Shown here: one piece after another, positions 39,463-53,089 of the stretch
Layout: each line of letters begins with the position of its first letter
Position numbering within the stretch: the first letter of the stretch is position 1
Origin: Paramecium tetraurelia
Taxonomy: Eukaryota
DNA: 64,000 nt
Reading direction: 5' to 3'
Assembly (NCBI GenBank): GCA_000165425.1
Contig: CT867992.1
Span: 62,001-126,000 of the forward strand
Made by a program: the position numbers and the translations under genes
The notes under the pieces: model-generated
Databases searched by the model: none
What the model was told of the DNA's origin: nothing
What the model saw: the letters and a program-made list of their open reading frames with translations, nothing else

Positions 39463-40295
39463 ATGAATATTCAAAGTTAAAATAATAGTGCTGGCTATAT
39501 TTCATCTCCAGAGCATTCTTGGCGTAAGAATAAATAAGTGATGGATGACGAATTTGAGCCGCAGGATAAATAAATGCTAGATGAGACCAATTCAAAATTT
39601 TAGAGTCAATGCTTAATTGAGGATCCACCTAGTAAGTTCATTCAATGATAGTGTAGTGTAAAATGAAAGCGTTCTGTCTCAAAACTCATTTCATTATGAT
39701 GAGCTGCAACAGATGATGCAAGCGGAAATCCTCAGCCCCTCAAAATTGCTGAGAACAGGCAACGAGCCTAAAAGCACCTTATCTTTCGATATCAAGCTAG
39801 AACAAACGTCGATACAAGAGGAGCCTATAGTGAATTAGAGAACAAGGAGGAAGGCGAGCAAAGCCAATTACAATGTAAGAATAATCGTTTATTTAACCCA
39901 AGGTTGACGACTCTCCTACGATGGACTCTGAAATTAAGCCTTGTCATTGTTCGAAAACAAATTGTTTATAACTATATTGTTCTTGTTTTCACAATAGGAG
40001 ATAGTGTACACAAGAGTGCAAATGTTCGGAGTGCTTTAATGATGGATAACATTCGGATGAAGTTCTTAAGGCAATAGAATAGATAAAAATCAAGGAATAA
40101 AGGGCATCGCATCATGATCTTGATTCATTTGACACAAGATAGGTGTGGGGATGTAAATGCAAAAAAACTTAGTGCATTAAAGGATATTGCGAATGTTTTA
40201 TCAGACACAAAAAATGCAGTTCCCACTGCCAATGTTCTAATTGCCAAAATAAAAAATAAAAAACATCAATAAACAAGAAAATTAAAAAAATATGA
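39463..40295 (+). CDS. tesmin/TSO1/LIN54-like protein with two CXC (CRC) domains
   Basis: PCHCSKTNCLQLYCSCFHNRRQCTQECKCSECFN and GCKCKKTQCIKGYCECFIRHKKCSSHCQCSNCQN. Confidence 0.9.
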
Positions 40296-40649
40296 TTAAT
40301 TATCTATATAATTAATTTTCTCTTGATGCACTTAATCGTAATAGATCACATTTAAATTCTCTCAATCATTAATGTATTCTATTTTGATGATTTTTAAATA
40401 CAGAATCAATTGTACTGATCATACATTATTAATTATGAGAGCGAAATCTCCATCAATTTGGGAAGATTGAATATATTAGATAACGGAAAATAATTAGTTT
40501 CACAATACAGGATTCATTTTAATTGAAAGACCAACGAATAGTGATAGGAACACCAATATAACCCAATATAATGGTTGTTGTATGGATGATTAACCGAAGT
40601 CAGATGAAGTATATAATATTTATTTATTTGAAATTGTTATTTTAATTCA

Positions 40650-42550
40650 ATGACCGAATTGAATGAGGCTAAAATAATGAATTCTCACTCTTTCAATTAT
40701 ATCAAGAACTAAGAAGCCAAGAAGAATGATGCGGCTGAAGAGTAGAATCTACTAACTACGCAGAAAAGAGGACAACCCAAAATTAATATCAATCGTTTGC
40801 CTCCAGCCTTTGCAAACTAAAACAAAGTAATCCAATTCCACTAGATAACACGTAGAGAAAGCATGTAGAACCCTTGATAATTAAAAAGGAATAGAAACAA
40901 TAGGTACAACAAAATATCCACAACATCGAGGCTATGCAAGAGTACAAATAGGTGAGCCAGATGCTAAGTCCCCTGAAGGCATTAATTATTCATCAAATTC
41001 TAGCGTGAGAACAACAATCATTTGAAGAATCCATTCCCACACTTTCGTTAGTTTATGAAGAACCAAAAGAGGATTCATGAGGAACTGTCCTTGAGCATAA
41101 GCACTTTGGTTCAAAGTCAAATAAGGATAGAAGACATGATCACAACAGGAACCTTGCGTTGTAAGTTTCTCTATCTATATATTCTTTGCAGCATATGCAG
41201 ATTCCAGTCCAGTCAAAAAAATGTTGCATGCTCCCACCATGAAGCTCTATGTCGTCAAAGAAGTACATCTTCTATTTAACTCTAAGGAACCCTTACATAA
41301 TAAGGAAATTCGTAAAAACCTAAAAGATTGGATCTCATTTTGGTAGAGTAAATGCTCCAATTCAATATAACATGTTTAAATCTACTCAACTTTCTGGAGT
41401 ACACCTGAAGGTTACGTCTCAATTGTGATGGAGTACATGAATGGGGGATCCTTACAGGTCAGCATTGTCTTCATTATTAGAACCTACTAGAGAGCATGGG
41501 TGTCTTACCTGAAAGAAGTATCAAACAATTAGTCTAACCGATTTTGTATGGGTTGCAAAGAATCCATCAATCAGGTGCTTAATGTCATGGAGCACTTGGA
41601 CCATCACAAATCTTATTTCTAAGAGATGGCACAGTCAAACTCAGTTAAGGATTGCAATACAGAGCCTAAATTCAAGGAAATTCAGCTTTCAATCAATACA
41701 TCCTCGGAAGAGCCAAAGATTCCTAAAGGTATCCAGTAATTAAATTCTAGTTTATATGATCCATCCATATTAGAGACACCTTCCTTATGGAGCAAAGCAC
41801 CTAGTGAGAAATATCACTTCCCCATCTAAGATGATTTTATTTTAGAACGTGCAAATGACATTTGGAAACTTGGATGGCTAATATTGAATTGTGCTATTGG
41901 CACTATGGAATTCCATCCAAAAGCCTAACAAATATATGAAGGTTCACGCATAATACTTGAAGAGATTACTAAATATGTTGATCAACTAAAAGACACTTGC
42001 TGTTTATTACATAGTGAACTTAAGGTTATCCAATTTGTTGAGTAGAATTCTAAAATATTCAATGAACCTACTAGGATTACCATATTAGATTTATTGCCAC
42101 CCGATAAATTTAGTGCTGAATTCATTCAATTTTTATGTTCTACCCTTAAAATCGATCCCAGGCAAAGACTCTTTACTGAGTAATTATTATAGCATTCCTG
42201 GTTAACAGGAGGTAAAGAATGCAAAGGTAATTAATCAATATTAAACTTAATTAGGTCCAAATGTACAATTAAAAGAACTAATTTCCATCTCCAATGCTTG
42301 GAATACCTTCTTGCCAGAAGAATTTCAAGGACAAGGAGCTTAGAAATTAGAAAGACTCTGTGATGCATTATGTTTGGTTTTATAAAATTCTGAAAAACCT
42401 ACTGTCAATAAGTAATTAATTTCTATTTATTAACTAAGAATGCATCTCTAGGAAAATAGTCCAATTATCAAAGAACTCTCCCATGATATGGGTATCAATG
42501 CCAAAGTAATAAGTGAAAGACTAATTTCAATTTTCCAATCGTTAATTTGA
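40650..42550 (+). CDS. STE7/MAP2K-like pseudokinase
   Basis: Kinase fold: LYVVKE, VSIVMEYMNGGSLQ, DIWKLG, FSAEFIQFLCSTLKIDPRQR. The catalytic loop reads HGALGPSQIL and DFG is replaced by SQG. Confidence 0.8.
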
Positions 42551-44045
42551 TATTAAAATGTTTATTGAATTGTAAATTAATATAGTTATAGTATCAATAA
42601 TAGATCTCTAAAGATATTAAGTCTATTCTCAGATAATCACCTTTGAATACAAGCCAACATGTTATATCTTACTTTAGTGTACATTTCCACCCCTCTACAA
42701 CTTAATGCCAAATAACATTCTTAAATATGGTCCTCATTTACCCTAATTTTTCAATTAATTCTTCTCTAATCTATAAATTTTGAGCATTATATTATATCCC
42801 TTCTATAATATGGCTATTAACTTAACATTTCGCAAGCGCAGCTTTCTCCTTCATTCCTTTATAATTCTAATCTAATCTCAATTAGATTTTGTTTCTTCTA
42901 AAAAAAAGCATAATGCAATTTTTTAATAAAAGGTAAGATATTCTTATAAATTTCTATTATCAAAAATAAAGAAAAACCATAAAAGTCTAGAACAACATAA
43001 GTAAAGATTCTTCTCTTGGTTTAAAACCCAATTAAAGAGTCAATTTAATTCCTGACTTTATAGAAAAATCCAGATTTCAATTAACATACATTTAAAATAA
43101 CTTATCCAAAAAAAATTAAAAATGATTCCTAAACCTTTTATTCAACTTCTTTATATCTAATAACTCTTCCTAAGTATAATTTAAATTCTATTAAAATTTT
43201 TCATCATTTTATCATTCTTATTAACTTTCTTTTATACAATTATGCCTATCAAAAATACCCCACCCCATGATAATTTAACAATTTTAAATATTCAGGTCCA
43301 AACTATTGATTTCCAACCATACTAATCTTAGCTTAAGCTTACTTGAAGATTTGTTAATTTTATTTTTAGGTTATCATTTTAATTATGAATTCAAATAAAG
43401 GATTTTTACAGAGAATCTTGAATGAAGTCCTCTCTTATCATGTATTTCTTAGGTTTTTGGTAGATACCAACATAAACATTCAAATTAAAATGATTCTTAA
43501 TTATGTAGCCAACTGCAATAATCGATAATAAAATCTAATATTCTATATCATCCATTTGATGTTCTAAATGCTAATAAGAATTAAATTAACACTCGTAAAA
43601 ACTCATAAAATATCTATGATATGTAGGGGAATGACAGATTTCCAGTTTTCATTTTATGGCAGTTATGCACTGTGTTTTCCTTTATTTTAAATTAGATATG
43701 TCTATTTACAATGAGTGTTGTAGGAATATCCTTTATAATTCTATATGACTTTCCATAACTGAATAAAGGAAATAAGAGCATTATTCTAGCAATTTGATAT
43801 TGATATCAATAGGCAAATGATAGTTTGGTGACAACATTATTTGTAACTAATTAAATCATTTTCTTATGCTGTTCTGCAAAGGAGTTAATGAGTTTCAAAT
43901 AAATTATGCCATTAGAGAGCCTAATGGAGTGATTTATTGAGTTTGATAATCAAGGAGTCAACATCCTAAAGTAATCAATCTTTAATCTAAATCCTTAATT
44001 GTAATCTCATCAATTATTTGATGTATAATTATTATTAAATAATTA

Positions 44046-44624
44046 ATGGAACTACGGCCAGTGACTAATTTTATTAAACAGAAATACCTCATTAATGAGA
44101 GAGACATATAATAGGATGCTTTCTCAAATAGTATCAACATTTATTTCAAGCGAACAAAAAAAAGGATTTATGGTTTCACTCTAATAAGTATCATATAATT
44201 TGTGATTGAAGGTCTATTTTTTTTGCTTTTACTTATTCCATCGATAGTGTTATAATAGGATTCTTAGGAAGTGGTTGTGTTTCCGTAGAAGGGAGGATAA
44301 TTTACAGTCAAGGAGTAGCTTGATCCTCCAATAAGTTTGGAGATAGTTTCAAGTGATTCCTATTTATTGTCTGATGTTCAACTTTATTTGGATGGTCAAA
44401 CAATAGAGTAATTTACAATTGAAAAGAAATTGAATACTAATTCAACACACAAAATTACTAGCAATAAATCCTTTAAAATTAGTATAAATTTAATGATGGT
44501 AGCAGTTAGATTAATTTCATAGTTTAGCTTTGTGCCCAGGTCGTATTTAATTATTTAAACAATAATGGTCGTTCTCTCATTATTGTATCTGATTTAAGAA
44601 ATTTTGAGAATGCCAAAAATTTGA
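44046..44624 (+). CDS. hypothetical two-TM protein (192 aa)
   Basis: Uninterrupted frame ATG 44046 to TGA 44622-44624 with N- and C-terminal hydrophobic segments. Confidence 0.65.
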
Positions 44625-44664
44625 TTATATATTTGTTTAATATGTACTTACTATAAAACAAAAT

Positions 44665-46081
44665 TCATTCCTACTTCTTTGACTTTCCATCCTTTGGTTT
44701 TCCATCCTTCTAGCCAAATTAAGTGATATTGAAGAATAAGAAAATCACCAAAATTACAATATGAGGGATCCAATATACACTGTTATGCAACTCTATTGCC
44801 TTTTCCCATTTTAAGACACGAACGGCTGTTGCGAAATGATCAAATGTCAAGATGCCGAAGACCCAAGCAATGAAATGTCTAACAGATTATGGGATACTAA
44901 AGAATAGTAGACAGAATTTACAAGTAAAATCTTCTTTGAGCTTTGTAAAAGTATTTGTACACTTGTCCTGTGATGGCCCAAAAGATGAAGAATAGATAGT
45001 AACTTAGATAAAAGCCATGCCTATTGATGGACATAATATTTACCAAAGACTGCTGATCATAAAGACTAAGTAGAATGTTAAACTACCAAATCTCTTTTGA
45101 AGACGATCATAGAAACAATATTTCAACCAATTTTGGATATTGCAATTCCATTTCTACGTTTTGATGACGACATTCTTCTCTAATTCAAAGGAGTAATCAA
45201 AAACAAGCCATAGATCATTTTTTTCTATTTATTGGTTATATCAATTTTACTTGTCTTATCATTATAGGTCAATCCCATGGCATCCATTCCTGCTTAAGTA
45301 AAGTAGAAGGCAGCAATATAAGTGAATCTTGCACAGGGAGTGATTAAGAAGGTCATTGCAAATTTGAACCATAGGCTGTATTGATTTCTCCACTCCTCGG
45401 AATAGTACCAATCTGTATCAAAATAAGGTCTTATAAGCAATTCTGCCATGCTCACTGCCAAAGCCTTGAGGAATGAGATCAATGCAAATTTAGGACTATA
45501 ATGAGTATAGTCAGTCTTTCTTTCGATGAGACTAACAAATGCATAGTAGGGGATTGGTGCCACAACCAAATTGGGGAACATGAAAATGTATGATAAATAC
45601 ATCATAAAGGATGTTTTCCCTTGTACTTTTCCATCTTATTTGTCACAAGCATAGAAGATGTATCTTGCTGTCAACAACATTTGAATTGCATTGTAGTCCA
45701 TTCTCCAACTCAAGTACTGATAGATGAGTCGATAGATGTGCACAAAGGAGAGAATTGCAAATGCAACGATGGACACCGGTAATGCGCATTTTTTGAAGAT
45801 TTATGCAATAAAGTAAACTGCTATTGTCCAACCCAACATCAATGGAAACCACTCCTTGCAAACAATCACGGAAAAGAAGACCCCCATGAAAAGGTTGAAA
45901 TACAGTCTTCCGGTTGGACTCTTGATGTAATGGAACACGAATCCAAGGGGAGTACAAATTATCTACAATCATTGTATGATAGTACCATATAAAGAAGAAT
46001 TACGAAAAGGTCAATCTCAAAATTGATGAAATTGATCTTTTGCAATTGCTCTTCTAATATATTGACGAATTGGATGATCAT
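44665..46081 (-). CDS. MBOAT lysophospholipid acyltransferase (LPCAT3/Ale1-like)
   Basis: YLSYIFMFP, WNCNIQNWLKYCFY, SSLW|HGFYLSYYLFF with the catalytic His, multiple TMs. Confidence 0.9.
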
Positions 46082-46162
46082 AAATAAATCAATAAAATTA
46101 ATTAATATGTCATAATTAAATATCTATTCTCTTTATAATCATACGATTACAAATCATTGTTG

Positions 46163-47209
46163 ATGTCATCAAAGAGATTGCTTTTTGGAGTGGAAGCTAT
46201 TGTTGTTGCAATTAGTAAAAATGCGAATTTGAAGTTAAATTTAATGTAAATGCTCGAGCTAAGAGTACGATGATTATTTATAAGTCAATTCTGCATTTCA
46301 AATAAAAAGTACAAAAATAATTAATTGTATTTTGATAAGACTTTATGAATTCTTAACTTCCAGTAAACAGCTTTGATTTTAGAAGTAAAAGTATCCATAA
46401 CAGAAACACTTTCTTCTTTTTTGAACATCCCACTCGAAGGAAATCCTGCTATTGCAATCATTGTGGCAAAAAAAGTCACTTCTAGTAACAACATGCCAAT
46501 TTACCGACACAAAAAGAAATTGATTATCAGATTCAAGTAGACAATCTAAGGAAATAGAGTTTATGTGATGAGATCAGGACTGAAATCCCCAGTGAATTGA
46601 GTGTTATGGAAAGTGAAAATGGAAGACTTTTTAGAAATTCTAATCGATCGATTTCCATCGTCAACCAATATATCAAAAGATCCATGAACTTCGATCAATT
46701 TAGTCTTGAAACCACCACTAAATTAAAGAGAAGGAGCTGTGAATGTTCAGAATGTGGGAATCCCACATCATTCTAAAGAAAACATGAAGACTTATCTCTA
46801 CCTAAAAGGGATAAAAAAATGAAGCAATTCTTAATCAGGAAACATCGCAATTTGATCAAAGGAACATCCAAATAATTCCAATTCAGTTCAAAAAAAATAA
46901 TAGTATAAAAATCAATCATTTCTTCTCCTCAAAGTTAGAAATCATTCTAAATTAAATAATTTGAATAAGTCAGAAGAACTCAAGATATAAACAAATTAGT
47001 GCTCAATCGAATATCAACAAGAGACTTGGAATAGACAAAATAAGTTTAAGGTAAATATTCTATAATTAATTCTTGCAAACAATTGGACTCTCCCCAATTC
47101 TCTCAAAGCAAGTCTCAGAGACAAATATTACATAAACCAACCATGTCCTTCAGCACCATATCTACTTCCAAGTGGAAGTCCTATAAGAATACCAAAGATT
47201 TCCAATGAG
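46163..47209 (+). CDS. hypothetical protein with KRRSCECSECG motif
   Basis: Ser/Gln-rich frame with motif at 46726-46758. Boundaries approximate. Confidence 0.5.
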
Positions 47210-47702
47210 ATACTTCAACAATTGATACCCCTTTTTTGATCTATAATTTATTAGTTATTTAATCAATTATATAGCTGATTGTCCAATATTTAGAAATTAT
47301 AAACATTACAACAGAACTCATAGGAACTATCTTATTGTATGTTTGTATCTTAAATATCTTCACTCATTGCTTTAAATGATCAACAAAAAGGCGTGTGTAT
47401 ATATATAAATCAATAATTTTTTCATTTTACAGGGACAATAAGTTTAGAGAGTAATTACTTCAATTCTTGAAGTTTTTATCAAATACCTTTAGATACTAAA
47501 AAGAGTTTAGAATTAATTCAGATATTTATAGTTTTAATTCATTTATATTACCAACAGTTCATTTAAGTATTGGATTTAACAAAGATGAAATGTAGTTACT
47601 CCTTTAATATTTAGGTTTAAGTATATATGAACAGTAGATGAAAGGAATATGAATTATTAGATGACTTAATCCTTAGAATATAACTATTAAATATTATAAT
47701 TA

Positions 47703-50209
47703 ATGAATTCCAACAATAATAATAACAATGACAGTTCAAGTGAGGATGACATGTAAGTGTACGAAACTCTAACAAAATTACCTCCTGCAAATGATTTGCT
47801 TCCAAGGAAATTGACTATAGATATTGATGTAAAATCATTATACCCACTTAAGTGAATCATAATATTTATACATTTAGAGCTCTTCCTTAATTTTGCAAGA
47901 CTTTTGTCTCTTTTTTAGAGGAATCTACACATCGTCATTGTGCTATATAGGAAACTGCTGTTGGTGATGAAAATAGAACTTTACTTGATTTTTACGATGA
48001 AAATAAACAAAATCTTGTGTATAAGCGATTTGATCAGTTGGATTTAGGAAAGCAGGACAACCAATGACAGAACCTACTTTGCTACTCTAATAGCCAACTT
48101 TAAAAGGTATATCATAATGCTAAAGAAAGAGCATAGCCAAAAGTCTTTTTTAGAGGAGAAGCACTTTTTGATTAGAAATTAACATCCTGTGCATCCGATT
48201 AAATTCAATTTGATTCCAATTTTGAATCTGGCAATCTCTTTTGTGCATTTAAGAAATCGGAAAATGTGTATGATTTGATCATTTAAAATGATATCAATAC
48301 CAAGGGGCAACACTTAGTGGTTCTTCTTTTAGCGTGACTGGAGCTAAGGCAGGATAAACCATATAATTTAATTTGCTAAATCATGTATAAGATTGTTTCT
48401 CATAATAATCTAGTTGAAGAGCGGTAGTCTTTTCAATGAGGGATTGCAACCAGCTGTCTATTCTCTTAAGGATAACCAAATAAACGGATCTGAATGGTGC
48501 AGGGATGGATTCAACATCAGCTATTTTAAAAGTCCATTCATGAAGGAATACCCACTCTCTTTGAAAAAGAAATATTATCAGTTGAGATTTCATTACACAT
48601 TCAAACACAATGATGACAAGGTCTTCTTTGCTCATTCCTATCCCTACACTTATACTAATTTATTGGAGTCCTTAATACACAATTAGATGATCAAGAGAGA
48701 AATCAGTAACTGATATTAATAAAATAGGTATCTATCTCGCAAAGTCCTATGCTAAACTCTTGGGGGCAATACTTGTGAAGTATTGACTATCACCTCAAAC
48801 TCACTATAACGCAGAGCCTACAGAAAAGGCGTTGTCTTTCTGGCCAGATAGCATCCAGGTGAACCCTAGGGCTCTTATGTGATGCAAGGAATTATTGATT
48901 TTCTTACTTCTAATAATCCATAGGCTGAATATTTGAGATAGAATTGCATCTTTAAGTTGTTTCCCATGATGAATCCAGATGGAGTTGTCAATGGAAACTA
49001 TAGATGCGGATTAGAAGGCGGCGATTTAAACAGAAGGTGGAAAAAACCCAATAAATATCTACATCCCAGTGTCTACTATGCTAAGAAGTATGTCAAAGGG
49101 TTTAGTAAAGAGAGACAAATCATACTTGTCATTGATTTGCATGGTCATTCAAGAAAGTAATATTAAGTGTCTATCAATTTAAGACAATCCTCCTTTGTTT
49201 ATGGATGTGCCTATTCTTCGTAAGTTAAAACTATTGAACGAGTGTTTGCTTTGTTGATGGCGAAACTAAATCCATTTATGGACTATCCCTCTTGTACCTT
49301 TAGGATTGAGAATGCTAAAGATAAAACAGCTAGAATTCAACTCTGGAGAGAATTGAAAATCAACTGGGTTTATACTTATGAGTGCAGTTTTTATGGATAA
49401 TAGAAACAACATTACCAGATCAAAGATTATCTCAATTGTGGTCTTAGTATTTGCAATGCGCTGTCATAAATTGTTAAGGACACATCAAAAGAATTCACCA
49501 ATTAAGCCAATGTTCCTGATATTTAATAGCAAATGCTTGAGGAATTAGGCAAGATGCCATAGACTGATGACTAAGACAATGGATCGGATTCTAGTTAATC
49601 TGAAGCTGAATTATCAGATGATGAATTAGTTCAATTATTTTAACCAAAGACTTACTCAACCAAACAAAAAAACTTTTTAAAACAACAAGAATTAAACAAA
49701 AAGAAACCTTAACCGGTTAATCCGAAATCAACTATAAACTCTTAAAAAGCCTCTATTTTACAAGAGTCCCCTTCTAAGAATTCAGATTAAAAACCTCCGA
49801 TGAGTAGTTAGAAACCTAAGAGTACTTTGTATAGGATCCAAGCTCCCTAGAGATAAAAGTAGATTGAGTAGACAAAATTGCCTGATCCACCACTGATGGT
49901 TGACAAATCAGTATAAACTGATGATTGGATGTATAGATAATGGCTAATTCAAATGGGAAAGATGAAGAAACAACAAGAATTTCAAAGTTTTACTCCCACA
50001 AGAAATATATATAAATCTTCATCACAATCAGTAACTAGATTTATTGTGAAAAACTCCTCAACTAAAAACGATAGAGGTAGGGTTGATTCAATTTCACTTG
50101 TAACATCAGGCTTGCAAAATAAATTAAGTAAAATTTATATAACAATTAAGTTTCTTCTAGTCAATAGCGGTAAATGATGAGATACTCTGGCAGTAACTTT
50201 ATGTCTTGA
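47703..50209 (+). CDS. cytosolic carboxypeptidase (CCP/AGBL, M14D tubulin deglutamylase), with two apparent 1-nt insertions
   Basis: FDSNFESGNL, FAHSYPYTY, ARQHPGE, PMMNPDGVVNGNYRC, DLNRRW, IDLHGHS, YTYECSF. Frame broken at 48302-48331. Confidence 0.88.
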
Positions 50210-50765
50210 TATTTATTATTATTATAATTTTGTTCATCTCACACCTTTATTCATCAAGTTTCTCTTTATCTCAAATGATTTGCATTTAGGAGATATCAAA
50301 TAGATATTTTGATTATCAACAATTTATTAGTAGAGAAACTTACAGATATATTTCAAACTAAGGAGATATGTAAATTAATCATTAATTTTCATTTTTCTAA
50401 ATTACGAAGTTAAATATTAGTAGAAATACCAAAAAATCATTATATAAATAATTAATCAACTACTCAAGTCTTTTTTTCAATTTGCTGATATTTTTGTTTA
50501 TCACTTATATGACTTTGTGGAATAATCTAAATTTAGTTCTTTGATTAGGTTTTATTTATTTTACACAATTTCATTTCTTTTAGGGAAATATATTTGAAAC
50601 AGAAAAATTGAATGAAATATAAATTTAAAATTTCTAAATAAATTCCAAATTTCTGAAATATTCCTAATCTTATATTATTGTTAACCATCCTTTTTATTCT
50701 GTTATTCTCTTTAATTTAAATATAATCCTATTTATAGTGATAAGTTTAATAATTTTAATAATATA

Positions 50766-52182
50766 ATGCGCAAAGTAATTCTCAAAGCAAAAATATATAG
50801 TTGTATCCTTATAATACTTTCAGGAACAGTTGCTGTTCTAGCTTGTATATTGGCTGGCTAGGTGAATGATTAAGAAGTAAAAATTTATGGAACTCTTTAT
50901 GCAATGGCAGCATTAATAACTATGTCAATCAACATTTATATATTCTACTAATTGCAAACTATTAACCTGATCAATGCAGAAATCAATAATTTCAATTGCC
51001 TCTCTTCATGGAAAATATTGCACAAGTCAATTTTAAATAATTCAGATTTGTGGTTTGCAAATTATGTATTAAAATGCCTTATCGTCATTATTTTTCATAG
51101 TACTATGAGTTTTATAACAAGATTGAAATATAGGGATGTTGCTTTTGAGTTCACCTAAAGTATTTAATAATTAAACTAGATATGTCAATTTCAATTGTAC
51201 TGTTTATTCTCAGCTTTATACTCGGTTTCGTAGTGTAATTACTTTTTGTGATCTAATTGATAACAATGTTGGCTGATTTTAAAGAGTATGCAAAAGAAAC
51301 AGTCTTTACTTTTCATATAAAGGAATCACTTTAAGAAGAGAAACAATATAAAAGAGGAATTACATTAGTAGCAATCATCTTTATTCTTGGTTCAATTGCA
51401 TATTATGCAGTAAAATTAGCCTTGTACATAATGATAGCCAAAAACAGTGAAGAAATTAATACTAAAGTATTTTCCATAATTGTTTCTATCCTAAGTGTTA
51501 GTTGCATGATATTGTGCTCCAGAATATACAAATAACTTAAAATTATTTATAAACAAATACCAGACCCCTAAGATGTGATAATATATAATATCAATATCCC
51601 TTGTTTTACTGGATGGTTCATTTTGGTAAGATCGTTGGTGTTTTGTAAGAAATTCAGATTTTGGAGAAACTTAACGTTTATTTTATTGTACATCTAATCT
51701 ATTTATGGATTAATTAAATTTCCTTTTTATCAGATATATGGCGTGACCATAGATCAAATGTACAGTCTTGATTCTTATCTATATTGTGATACAGCTATTT
51801 TGGTTGCTCTAATGTTTTGGTAGTTCATTGAGCAGTTTGCTAGGGTCATTCATCAAGTCAAGAGAAGATACCTTGCATATTAATTCGAAGATCATAGAGT
51901 ATTTAAATTAATTAATGATAGTAAAATATAATTCTCCCAATCGCAATAGAAGTTCAATAAGACGAATTAGGGAGAATCCATCATCAACAAATGATAGATA
52001 ATTTAGTAGAAAATGCAACAGAAGATTATGGAGAATGCTGCTTTTGTTTGGATAAAATCTCAAAAGGTTAAAGGGTGCATAAATTAAAATGTCACTCCTC
52101 TCATGTTTTTCATTATTATTGTATGTCTAAATGGTTAGCTAATCATAATAATTGCCCATTGTGTTAATAAACTATCAATTGA
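50766..52182 (+). CDS. multi-pass membrane protein with C-terminal RING-H2 E3 domain
   Basis: Many hydrophobic segments, then ECCFCLDKISKGQRVHKLKCHSSHVFHYYCMSKWLANHNNCPLC. Confidence 0.82.
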
Positions 52183-52643
52183 AATATATTTATTTTTATT
52201 AAATTATATGTATATAATATAGATAATTAGAATTTTTTCATAAAATAATTAATTTTAACTTTTGATAATTTATTCACTAATATTTATACAATAAGATTGA
52301 ATTAAGGAGAATATTTTAATTTGAAAAACAATAATTAAAAGCAACTGAAGAATAAAAGGTACAACCTCAAAGAAAATCCCTTTTGCAATACTAGTTAAGT
52401 AAACTAAGAACCAAAAGTTGTAATAAGAACCTTGTTATTTTTCAACATTATTCGTTCAACTTTTTAATAAAAGAATTAAGGAACCTTATTTCATTATGAT
52501 TAGCTAAAATCAGAATACCTAATCTGAATGAATAATGTAAAATGAATTTAGTGAAATTATAGTGAATAAATTCTTGGCCTTATTTCAATAAGAATAAATC
52601 AAAATCTCTCAATGTTATTAATATGGAATTAATTTTGCATTTG

Positions 52644-52646
<3 letters not shown>

Positions 52647-52674
<28 letters not shown>
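52647..52674. repeat. (TA)14 microsatellite
   Basis: Uninterrupted TA dinucleotide run in intergenic DNA. Confidence 0.9.
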
Positions 52675-52677
<3 letters not shown>

Positions 52678-53089
52678 TATTTATTTTATTCATAACCATT
52701 TTATTAGATTGTAAACTTATTATGATATAAATAATTCTGATTGTTATAAATTAGATATTGTATTCATCATTTATTATATATGGATATCATACAAAAAGTC
52801 ATTGAGATTATACTTTTTTATGCTAAATAAACATTACAATCCTCTTCAGAAATTACTATCTAAGCATGCAAAGAAACACCATTATCTTATGATTACCTAC
52901 ATTAAAACCTTAATTATTAAATGAGATAACGTAATAAAGTAAAAGTTAATCTTCTTTGTATAAGAGAAATGAGCTATTTAGGATACCAAAAAGTAAAAAA
53001 CCCACAAATTTAATATAATTAAGTTAGCATTTGGGAAAGGATGATTGTAAACTATACAAAGCAAATGATATATCCAAATAATTATAACA

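Noticed and set aside
44046..44624. CDC50/LEM3-like two-TM topology
   Set aside because: Too short and lacks the FYQNHR signature.
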